Part shown: piece after piece, positions 53,724 to 64,000 of the stretch | Numbering within the stretch: position 1 is the stretch's first letter | Layout: each line of letters begins with the position of its first letter | Assembly: GCA_009103225.1 (NCBI GenBank) | Contig: RHPI01001737.1 | Location: forward strand, 1,037,489-1,101,488 | Source of the DNA: Chlorokybus atmophyticus | Taxonomy: Eukaryota; Plantae; Mesostigma and Chlorokybus algae | DNA length: 64,000 bases | Reading direction: 5' to 3' | Position numbers and translations under genes: made by a program | The notes under the pieces: model-generated | Databases searched by the model: none | The model's input: the letters and a program-made list of their open reading frames with translations, nothing else | Told to the model about the DNA's origin: nothing

Positions 53724-54052
53724 TTAGGGTTAGTACAGTGGTGGGAGTCTGGGCACAGCTTGCATGCCTAGATGGAGGACGTGGTGCAGCGTCTGGAGGG
53801 TTTTTATGTGCGGGTCTAGCACCTGGATGTGAGTACAGTCAAGTACTTGATGAGGAGCTGCATGCGCAGCAGCTAGAGCTTTCGGTGTGGTGCAGCACCT
53901 CAAGGAGAGCATGGTGGAGTGCTTGGGGAAGGCGGGAGCATGGTTGAGGTGTTCGCGAAAGTTCGAGGGAGCGAGGAAAGCTGAAGAAGATCGTGGGAGC
54001 TGTCAAATAGAAGGGGGGTCCGAGGAGCCTGCACAAGCTGCCTGGATGGGAG

Positions 54053-54679
54053 TGTTAACATTTGAAACAGTCTATAATAGTCTAAACCTGCTTAGGATTG
54101 GTCTATGACTTGGTTCAAAAATGTTCAGTCAGCTTGTTGCATTATTGTGCTGTTATCAATTGCATGGTGCTAGTTTCAGTTGGACTTGAGACTAGGCACA
54201 TGAGTGAGGTCGGACTTGAGGATAGTATTTACACCTGGTTGGAGCCTAGGCGGCTGGTCTGGCAATACTGACAGTTTGAGCGGTAGGTCTGACAGGTTTA
54301 ACAATTAGTGTAATGGGTTTTACAATTGGTCTGACGGGTCTGACAGTCAGAGACGGTTGGTTTGGCGGTTATGACAGTTGTGAACAGTTGGGCGGCGGTT
54401 TCAATAGTTGGACGCCCGAGATATTCGTTAGCCCGTCACTTGGCAGCTGTAAAGTTGCCTGTGCTAGGTATAAAACCCTTGACCGATGCTAATACGTAGT
54501 TCCATGTGCTAAACTACTTGGTCTTGCTGCCCCACACACATGCTTGCTTAAGTTGCTCCAGTCTAGTCTCTGTCGATGTACTAGCTCTACTAGCTAAATT
54601 ACAACAGATAATTATGAAGTTACTAAATATGAGCCTGAGTCTAAGCGTGCGAGCCGCTTGAGTCCATAGTAGGGACTTG
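54053..54679 (+). mobile_element. Possible LTR fragment interrupted by the Copia LTR at 54680
   Basis: Purine tract GGATGGGAG followed by TGTTAACA, and a TATAAAA near 54470. No partner LTR was found. Confidence 0.3.
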
Positions 54680-56500
54680 TGTTGACATACACGCGCTGAC
54701 AAGCACATGCACGTGGGTCACATGCTACATCACAACACTGCAGTTTGTATTAGTGGACAAGTCCGCGGGGTCTTATACCTGCCAGCTTCTGCACCAAATA
54801 CACACACTGCTGGTCCAGAAGCCACACCGTACGATCCACTCAACTAAACCTGAGATTGGCTACGTGGTGCAACTTTGAGCACCACGTAGCTAATTTCAAG
54901 TTCTACCTAACAAGCTACGCCATATGTTTTGGCTCTGTATCCACCAAGATCTAACGGTTCTTGTAAACCCTTGCTCTGCAGTCTGCTCGAACTCAGTCCG
55001 GAGAGATCGAGATCCTCTCCGTGTATTTCTATGCAGAGGGCAAGCTGACGGGATGTAGGAATACCTTTAACACTCCCACGTGGGCAGCTTGGCCTTCACC
55101 ACTGACTCCTTTATCACTCACGCATGGTGAATTCCCATGCGCTCCTTGTTTCTGTTCTTAGCGACCTTCTTCTTCTCGTGCGCGACCATCGAAGCTCGGC
55201 CCTTGAGCTCTTCTAGCTCTAGCTCCTCTATGCTTCCCATCAACGCTTGAAACTTGTTTGCCTTGAAGTTCTTGTTGTCGTTATTCGCAAGCTTCACCTC
55301 CAGCTTGCCTTTTTTCGCATGTACTTGCTGCACATGCTCGTTGCCGCTTTCTCTCGCTGCACCTGTCTTCTTTTTACATGACCTTTGCCTTCAGTGACAA
55401 CCTTATTTTTGTCCTTCATCACCTTCGGCACCTTGCTCTCAAGCACTTGCTTGTAGCTCCTTGCAGCTCCCACGGGCTTTGAGCTCGCCTTCGCATCAAC
55501 CTTGTGTGCCTTCTTGTTGCTTCAACCTTGTATGTTCTTGAATGCTTCTTTCTCAACCAATCTTGCCATTGCAGAAACCACCTTGTGCTCCATGTCCTCC
55601 TCCACGTAGTAAAGCCTTCCATTGTCAATGCCGATCAGATGTGTAACACCCCCAAGCACTATCTTAGCCTTGTACATGTTAAACACAGCACTCGCACCAA
55701 CCCTCGTGGCTATATGCAATGAGAATAGATTTGTAGATGCACCTGGCACATGCAGTACATGTCTCTGCACAACCTTTCTCACTTCACTCACAACCTTACA
55801 CCTAAGGTTGTCGTCCCCCTTTGCAATTGCTTGCAACATCGTCTTGTTGCCAAAGTCCACCGTGACAGGCTTTGTCGGAGGAGTGTAGTTGACGAGCTTG
55901 CTCCTGTCGCTTGTAAGATGCTTTGAAACTCCCAAATCCAGCACCCACCGAGGATACTCTGCTCCTTCTTCCATTGCATGAAATGCAACCGCTCTCCCTC
56001 TCTGTTCTTCACTTGCCTTCTTCAACTTGGGACACTTGTACTTGAAGTGACGCTCCCCGCAGAGCCAACACTCTCTGTTGCCTTAAGCGTCCTTCTTCAC
56101 ACCCTTTGAAGTAGCAAACGCCACACCTCCGGGTGATGCTCCATTCTGCACTTCATCATCCTTCTTCAACCGTTGCTCATCTTACAGAAGCCTTGGTGTC
56201 ACCCCGTCCAGCGACAACTCTTCCATCGTCGACTCAAAACTGGTGACAACCACTCGATATTCCGTGGGCAACCCTGAGACCAAAGCCCACACCACCTCAA
56301 CTTCCTTGAGCTCATGGCCAACGCCCAACAAGTCTTTCCATAACGTTCGCCCGCACTTCAAACTTTTTAATTGGCTCCCCGCTCAGCTTTTGCAACGAGT
56401 TGAGTTCTTGTCTTGTAGCTGTAGCCTTCTTGCCATGTTGCGCGCCTTCAAGTGGCTCTCCAACTTCAACCACACCTCATTCTCGTGCATGTGCTGGACT
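54680..56500 (-). mobile_element. Internally deleted Ty1/Copia element: gag, protease and 3' LTR (54680-55072)
   Basis: Gag VVWALVSGLPTEYRVVV, knuckle CWLCGERHFKYKC, protease WVLDLGVSKHLT and LHVPGASTNLFS. The PPT-LTR edge GTGGGAG-TGTTA resembles the one at 63228. Confidence 0.85.
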
Positions 56501-57034
56501 ATTGATTAAATTCAACTAGTTGGTTCACATGTCGTTGTTGTTGCTGCTACATCCGCCGCCGCAGCTGCTATGGCTGCGGCTGTGGCTGCGGTTGTAGCAG
56601 CTGCTGCGGATGTTGTTGCTTGCTATTGTCAAGCTACAGCAGCAATCACGAGCACCACCTACAGTCACCAGCACAACCGACACCACCACCACAACATCAA
56701 TGTCATTGCCAACAAGTGGTGACGAGAATGCCCACTGTGTAGACAACTGCAGCACCGGCAGCAGAACAGGGCCGCTGCAACCACAGCAGCTGCTGTTACT
56801 TGAATGCTACAAAATACAGAAACCTATTACTCGAATGCTACAAACTACGGAAATCTGCACGCAGTAAGCCACACACAGTGCAGCGAACAATCAACGCCGT
56901 TTGCTGAATGTGGTAAGTTGGCCTCCAGCACCGCCGCCTTAAGCTCCAGTAGCTTGCAACGCAAAGCCGCAAGCAGTGCCTTGGTGCGACCTCAGTTGCA
57001 AATTAGGGTTTTAGCACGAGACAAGTACAGCCGT

Positions 57035-57600
57035 CACACGGAATATTTTCCGCGGACCAGCCCTGGTCCGCACGTACGGACCAGGGCCAAAACGCCCGGG
57101 CGGCTTGGGGTCCGGACCAGGGTCGCCTGCCTTGGTCTGCACACGGGGACCAGGGCTGGTCCAAACAGTACGTAATTGTCACGGTCCCCCAAAAAAACGG
57201 GCCAGCCCTGGTTGCTGTTATCATGACCAGCGCAATGGGACCAATGCTGGTCTGCCATGCGTGTTGCTGCATGCACCAAGGATGGTCCGCTCTTGGCACA
57301 GTTCTGTCAAAAGCATCACCACTACTGGTCCCGAGTAGCAGGACCATCCTTGGTTCGCATTGTGGGACCATGCATGGTCTACTTGTATCTTAATGTCTAG
57401 CCCAGATGGTCTGCAAGGATGGTCCCGACTAGTGGGACCAACCATGGCTCTGCTGGCGGGACCATGCCTGGTCCACACCCAACCATTTCTTTGTACCAGC
57501 CGAATCTCACTGCATTGGTCCATGCTTGCATCCAGGGACCAGCATTGGTGCACGACACCCGCTGACATCCTGCACCAATGCTGGTCTATGACCCATGCAC
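57035..57600. repeat. Putative transposon terminus with an array of short GGACCA/TGGTCC motifs in both orientations
   Basis: Starts CACACGG. It contains many GGACCAG, CTGGTCC and GGGACCA motifs forming small hairpins, like the subterminal repeats of CACTA-type elements. Confidence 0.6.
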
Positions 57601-57999
57601 CAGCAATTCACGGTAACCCATTCTATTATATAGTGCGTGTCTGGCAATCAGCGAGACCTGCAAAGTGTCAAACATCTATGCTAACTACAGCAGTGTTCTC
57701 ATAGCTACTAAGATCACCAGCGCTCATAGCCTGCCTATGATGAGACTGAGCGCATGCTGCGCACACCACGTGATCTCGGCACTGCACGCACACGTTCCTT
57801 CTGTTCCATACTCTGTTGCATACTTGCAAATGTAGACGGCCTTTCAGATGAACGATTGCACGCCGCGTGCGCCAACAACAGATTGTCGTAGACACTGCGC
57901 ACACTGCATATGAGCAACACCGCAACTGTAGAACACAATGTACATTTATTAAAGAATAGACACGTAACAGTAGCAACATGCAACAGTTGCAACTTTGCA

Positions 58000-60620
58000 C
58001 ATCTCTGATACCTATCATCTGGAGGATGCCGTCCTGCTTGGCTCCCATCGCCCCATGAAGCGGAACCTCTTGGGCTCAGGCGTTTCACTTTCATCCGGCA
58101 TGCCTGCATGCACAATGAGTGGCGAATGTGTACAATCACATACACAGATTCCAGACTGCTCGTACATGGCGCTATTAGCTTACAGCTTACCAGCTTACGA
58201 GCATACCCTATAGACTGCATTGTGACACTGTGCATTGGTCACAGCTACCAAGCCTATGAGCGGTCTATAAGCTCAAAACATACCTGGCCGTTTCCTCGTG
58301 TTTATCCAGCCCAGCTGACCACCCTGCGTTGGGTCTTCGCCCAGCCACTTCTTCTTCATTGCAAACTGCACAACCGCTTGCATGATACGCTGTGTTGGAA
58401 TGCTGTCCATCCGGGCCTGGTCTCGAAAGGGAAGAGGTGCCACGCTCTCCATCAGCGCCACCTGCTTCTTCCGCCAGAATTCCCATTGCCGGCCAACCTG
58501 CGCCCTAGTAGGTGTTTGCTCAGTGCCACAGCACACAGCCGCCAGCATCTCCAGCTTCTCATCATCCACTGAAACCTCGTGGTCCTGCATGGGCACATCA
58601 TCAGCACAACCAGAAAGCACTTGAAACAAGAAATTGCGCGCACATAGCTGACAAACCTGATCATCTTGCTGCGCATTGGTGTTCAGTTCTTCAAGTACTC
58701 TCGCCTGGCATTCCCCCATCCGGACGTGCCTATTGAAGCTGCATTCACCGTTTTCACAGACGCAGGTGCCCATCTGGCTCATGAACATAAGTGGCCACTC
58801 AACCGTCACGCTCTGCACTCCATCAGTTGTCAGTGTCATAGGCGGTTCACATGTGCACACTTTAGCCAACTACACGCGACGCACGTCTCGCACTTGATGA
58901 CATGCAGTGACAAAAGCATAGACTGTGCGTGACTGACAATCACCAACTTACCTCTAGCTCGGCGCGTGTGTAATGATCCGGTGTCTTGCCATGCATGAGC
59001 CTTTGCGACCTGATAGGTATGAACGGCCGCACGCTGTCGTCCTCCACGCAAAACACTGGCAGCCAATTAATGATCTGCACGCTGTATGTGCGGCAGGGCT
59101 CATCCACCTCGGCAATCTCAAGGATGGTGGCAATGGCCACGGGCACACATGGGTCTTCACGACTTGAGGATTGCATATCGACGTCAAAGACTTTGTCTCG
59201 GTCGTAATCGTCTGCATGTCTGCACCTCATGAACAGGCATCGTGTTAGATAACACAACACAACAGCTGTACATTCAGCTTGCTTCACTTCTAGTGGAGTT
59301 GTCACAGTTCAGGGTTGCAATCATACATGCGCGCACACAGTCCTTACCTGAATTTGAGCCAAGTAGCCCGCAGCACGTCATCTGGAAGGGGCCCGTCGCT
59401 CAAGGGGCACCACAGAACGACTGTCTGCGAAGGGCTGTAATCGTCAGGGCTGAAAACTCTGCCCCACCCTACAGACCGGCGACGAGCAGCTGTGCCGTGT
59501 TTGGCAGTTCGCTCTGCTTCTCGAGCATGCGCACGGAGCTGGACCCGCTGCTCCCTGGACTGTCCTTGGCGTTCACCTCGTTCTTCTTTAACGCCCCTCC
59601 GATAAGTCCATTGGCGTTGTATGAAATATGCCCGGATGTGCTCTGCCAAGCAAAAGTTATAAGGATGTCCACATGTCCAAAAAGCTGCTTTGGTCTCATA
59701 AGGTGGCACCGTCCAAGACACTCTACGACTTATGCATTTCCATAGCTGAGACCGTAGGACTCATAGGCACTGTCCAGTGTCTACGACTTATGCACTCCAT
59801 TGCTGTGACCTAAAGACTCATAGGCACTGTCCAGTGTCTGCTTATGCAATCCATTGCTTCTAGATGCTCATAGGCACTGTTGTCAGCGTCTACGACGTAT
59901 GCGTTCCATTGCTGAGACCTAAGGACTCATAGGCACTGTCCAGTGTCTACGACTTATGCCATCCATTGCTGAGACCTAAGGACTCATAGGCACTGTCCAG
60001 TGTTCCAGCTTGACAAACAGTAACCGACCAACAGTGGCACCACTAACCAGTAGTAAAAACAGCTGGATATACATGAAGACTAGCTGAATTCAGCTGAACA
60101 GCAAGCCATCAAGTAACGCGACAACTTGGCAAGTAGCGTGATATCAACTGACTTGCAACAGTGGCAACACTGACCAGCAGCAACAACAGCTTGAGGGCTA
60201 GCAAAGCTTGCTATATGCATGAATACGGGCTAGTTTCACCTGAACAGTTACCGATCTACACACAAGGCATTCAGAGCAAACCTTCACAGAAAACAACTGA
60301 CCTCTGGACATGCGGAGCTCTATGCCTTCCCCAAACACTAGAGGCTCCAGCTCCGGCTCTAACTCCTCACAGAACCTCTCCAGCTTGGCAATGCTGGCCT
60401 GCGCTGCATGATCCTTGCTCCGCTTGTCGAAATTCACCTCCTTCCAACCTGGACCAGGGATTTGCTCCCACTGTTTGAGCTTGTTGGTGAACTTGTCCAT
60501 GTTTCGCACATGGGTGGGGTGCACAGAGGAAAAGTTGTCCCTCAGGAACCTGTCCCCAGTTTTCTGGCCGTTGTTGCCACAGTTGAACACTTGGCTGGCA
60601 GAAGGCACTGCGGTCACCAT
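58000..60620 (-). CDS. Multi-exon hypothetical protein with a Cys cluster (VCTC...TCVCENGEC...CQLC)
   Basis: Protein-like ORF blocks at 60198-60635, 59344-59721, 58940-59305 and 58273-58869 end at gt donors. No confident family assignment. Confidence 0.5.
59722..60002. repeat. Minisatellite, about 57-bp unit x5
   Basis: Consensus TCTACGACTTATGCACTCCATTGCTGAGACCTAAGGACTCATAGGCACTGTCCAGTG, with no spacers. Confidence 0.92.
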
Positions 60621-60847
60621 TGTTACACTATGCACAAAGCACCTAAGCTTCCAGGTGACAAAAGGCTCACACAGCAGTCTATAGCACGAGAGTCTACAGC
60701 ACGCGACTTATTGCAGCTGCGATAACCAGTGCCGAAGTCATACTGCGCACAACGCACAACACATGCGCACAACGCACGCGCGAGCGAACAAAACTTCCAA
60801 ATGACGGAACCTGACAACAAACACTTCCAAATGAATCAACTTCCAGT

Positions 60848-60931
60848 GCCTGTGACCTAGGGTTCGTCGGAGCGGCCTATGCGGTCGCCTGTGACCTAGG
60901 GTTCGTCGGAGCGGCCTATGCGGTCGCCTGT
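60848..60931. repeat. 39-bp tandem duplication between divergent genes
   Basis: GCCTGTGACCTAGGGTTCGTCGGAGCGGCCTATGCGGTC x2 plus GCCTGT. Confidence 0.92.
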
Positions 60932-61029
60932 CACGCCGCCGGCAGCCTGATGTTTGGTGTGCCTAAGGTAGTTCTGGCGGTGCTGGCAGAGGTGTGGTAG
61001 CGGAGTGCTGGCTTGTGTTGCACAAGAGT

Positions 61030-62805
61030 GTTATCCAGTGCAAGTTGTTGCAGAGATCAGCAAGCTGAGAAACACCATGGATGATGACATCCCTACCGTG
61101 TCGGCGGCATCGTCGACTTCAGAGGAGACTCGGAGGCAGCCTTCACACCAGCGGACTTTCTATTGGCACTGTCCCTACTGCAGAACAAATGTGAAGGCGG
61201 GCCATTTAAAGTCCAACGGGCTTCCAGAAACCACACACACCAAGACTGCAAAGATCGCGCAGCACCTGCACATCAGATATTGCAGGTACATGCGCAGACG
61301 AACCAACCAGGGCGGCAGGGAGACAGCAGATGAGCTGAAGGGACGGATGGGGGATTCTCTCTCCAAAGCAGTACGGGTGCGTGTGATGTTGTGAAAGTGC
61401 GTTTGTAGACTTGTAGACTCATAGACGTTGTATGCATGCTAGTGAACTGATATCTGGGCAAAAGACTATGCAACAAAATTGACTTACGTGAAGCATATGT
61501 TGGCGTGCAGGCCCTGAATCATCCCAAACAAAGCAGAGTTTCCGTCGACAACGTGCGGAGAGTCACCGAGGAGTATCTGCGAAAGCATCACACTGGAGCC
61601 TTTGCATTTGTAAGCACATGCAGCATGCAACTGTTAGCGAAAAAAATGCCATTACAACGCCTTGGTTGCTAACCTTGTCGCTTGTTACACAGAACAAGAA
61701 ATTCTGGGATGACGCTGAGCACGATTACAACAACATCCCCCTCTACCCGAAGGAGCAAACCACACCAAAGCGGACAAAGCGGCAGCGGCAGCAAGGTTCA
61801 GGTGTTGCCGCTGCAGGTTCAGCGGCAGAAGCGTCAACAGCGGAGGAAACCGAGTTCGACTTCGCTGCGACAGAGACGAGGGAGCCAGAGGAGCTTGAGG
61901 AACAACTTGAGGATGTGATGCAGGAGGGGTCGGAGGAGTCAGCGCAGAAGGCTACGGAGGAGGTGTTGGAATTGGAGCAGTCTGAGGAGGAAGAGGTGGT
62001 GCCACCTGCAAAGAAACCGAGGCATGCCAGCTGGCGAGGCATGAAAATAGGAACGTCATCGGCAGCCGGCTCTCCCAAAACTCCCCAAACACCTGTGAGT
62101 ATCCATGCGAATACTCATAGACTGCTCTGATCAGGACATGTGCGCATTGTCTTATGTCATAGGCCGAGACAGTCTGTGAGTCAATAAATGTATATGATAT
62201 CCTTACCATTGTCTTACACACAGGGTGGCAGGGTGAACCAACCTGTAGCCGATGCCCCACAGGCTACTAAGCCAAGGCAACACCGATCAGCGCAGGCCCG
62301 TGAACTGGCTGTGACCAATGCTGCAGCCGAGGTCAATCGATTCACCAAGACTTGGATGGACGCTGTGGAGTTGCCACCGCCATCAGAAGAACATCTGCGG
62401 GTGCGTCTTTGTTCGCATGGTATCATGCATGCTGATCACATGCCATAGGCGCCATGCTGCATGCACTGCTTAGTTGCAGCCTATGACAATTCACACCAAC
62501 TTACCGTCACTTGTTGTTTGCAGAGTGACAGAGAGCTTCCCAACCGCAAGCGCATACATAGAGCGACCGGTGACCCATGGCAGCTGTGGACGAATGGTCC
62601 AATTCCCATAGGCGAACTCTTCCATTTTGCTGGCAAAGAGTTCGTCATCAAGCCTTCCAATATCCCTGGCGCAGGGCTCGGCTTGTTCACCTGCCAGCCT
62701 ATTAAGAAGGGTGACCGCATCATGGTCTTTGACGGCAAGTGGTACTCCTACCGGGAGATGCAGAAGACATTCCCTCAGAAGGAGCACCTGCACCACCAGC
62801 GATAC
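61030..62805 (+). pseudogene. Multi-exon SET-domain protein gene truncated by a Copia insertion
   Basis: The last visible exon (from 62524) reads FVIKPSNIPGAGLGLFTCQPIKKGDRIMVFDG, the N-terminal SET motif. Upstream exons contain HCPYC...HLH and an acidic tract. The reading stops at the LTR edge at 62806. Confidence 0.65.
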
Positions 62806-64000
62806 TGTTGAAGGACTAGCATGCACATGTAGTTGAGGCAAGCATAGACACACACGGACAGAGCTACCGCCACCAGAGCATACACAGGTCACATCACATC
62901 ATCTATTACAAGTTGTCCGCTGGTTCTTATACCAGCCAGTTACACACACGTCTACGTTTACAAGCACTGCGTAAGCTATACTCAGCCTTTTGACACGCTT
63001 TAAGCTGTGTTGTCTTTCTTACAACCAGAGCTTTCCAACAAGCTCTTACACGCCTAATATGAGTAAGTGTACGCGGAGATACGAAGCAGTTAGTAAGGCT
63101 CCAGTCTGGAGTCCGGAGTCTGGTCCGACGATGCCATCTTGCTAAGTCCGGACCTAGTGCTCGTCCTTACAACCTTCTACTCCTGTGCGGAGGGTCGATG
63201 CTGATCGTATGTAGGAATACTCTCAACACTCCCACGCGAGCAGCTTGACCTCCAACGCTTGCTCCTGTAGTCAAACACAGATGCCAAGTCTTGCACAACA
63301 AGTCTTGAACTTGAGTGGTGACAATGGCTTTGTCATGAAGTCCGCCAGCATGCCCTCGGTGTTGCAGTACTGGAACTCCACCTCCTTCCTTGTGACTCTG
63401 TCACGCACAAAGTGATGCATAACATCAATGTGCTTCGTCCTTGCCGAGGCAATAGGATGCTTCAACAACTTGATGGCTCCTTGATTGTCACAGTTGATGA
63501 CGATGCACGCCATGGGGTGCTCCAAGTCTGCCATGAGCTTGCGAAGCCAGAGTGCCTCCTTCACTGCTGCTGCCGCTGCCATGTACTCAGCCTCTGATGT
63601 AGATGCTGCTGTTGTTGGCTGCAGCCTGCTGTTCCAGCTCACCACGCCTCCATTCAGCTTGAAGACGTAGCCTGTAGTGGACCTCCTGGTGTTGAGGTCA
63701 CCAGCAAAGTCCGAGTCGCAGTAGCCCTCCAACTCAGTGCTCCCGCTCCCAAACTTGATGCCAACTGTTGCGCTCCCAGCAACATAGCGTAGTACTCCCT
63801 TTGCTGCTCTCCAGTGCTCCATGCTCGGTGCAGACATGTAGCGAGCAAGTACTCCCACAGCATGTGCAACACCGGGACGTGTGCACACTGCCACATAGAG
63901 CATGCTGCCTACCAGCTCACCATATGGATACTGAGCCTTGTCGAGTACCTCCTCATCCTTTGCCTTGATGAGGGCAGTGCCAAGTGCCAATGGTGCAGTG
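62806..64000 (-). mobile_element. Ty1/Copia element 3' end: RT/RNase H and 3' LTR (62806-63228), runs off the window
   Basis: The LTR is bounded by TGTTG...CAACA, with a PPT GTGGGAG. Confidence 0.95.
63271..63990 (-). CDS. Copia RT C-terminus and RNase H (partial)
   Basis: YGELVGSMLYVAVCTRP, GYCDSDFAGD, STSEAEY, CDNQGA, RTKHIDV and ADFMTKPL. Confidence 0.95.
   Translation of the reverse strand: MALGTALIKAKDEEVLDKAQYPYGELVGSMLYVAVCTRPGVAHAVGVLARYMSAPSMEHWRAAKGVLRYVAGSATVGIKFGSGSTELEGYCDSDFAGDLNTRRSTTGYVFKLNGGVVSWNSRLQPTTAASTSEAEYMAAAAAVKEALWLRKLMADLEHPMACIVINCDNQGAIKLLKHPIASARTKHIDVMHHFVRDRVTRKEVEFQYCNTEGMLADFMTKPLSPLKFKTCCARLGICV

Noticed and set aside
56525-56867. Gln/Thr/Ser-rich ORFs
   Set aside because: Low-complexity trinucleotide sequence without domain signal.
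59722-60002. CRISPR-like array
   Set aside because: The units are head-to-tail with no unique spacers, there are no cas genes, and the context is eukaryotic.

Overview
Eukaryotic, intron-rich, repeat-dense DNA, probably from a green or streptophyte alga (inferred from the TE domain content and intron style). I recognise no housekeeping genes, rRNA or CRISPR array. (1) The most notable feature is an apparently intact 8.8-kb Ty3/Gypsy-type retrotransposon (36497-45302, minus strand, 4-bp TSD ACCT). Its single 2359-aa ORF reads Gag-protease-DNMT3-like C5 methyltransferase-RT-RNase H-DDE integrase-PHD finger. Its ends are not a normal LTR pair but split direct repeats (R1-internal-R2-GC-R1-R2), the layout known from tyrosine-recombinase PAT/Ngaro elements. 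(2) A cluster of six paralogous 5-exon genes or pseudogenes encodes secreted proteins with a variable Cys-rich N-terminus and a root-cap/VWD-like domain. All six share a GC-AG first intron. (3) The remaining TEs are a DIRS remnant, a CACTA-like insertion, a pogo transposase, a decayed Gypsy, two Copia pieces, and a possible large DNA transposon carrying divergent Cys-rich and SET-domain genes. (4) Several near-spacerless perfect palindromes are scattered through the window. The long (CT)n tracts and N runs are assembly gaps, so their lengths are unreliable. Coordinates of degenerate features are approximate, and everything was read by eye.
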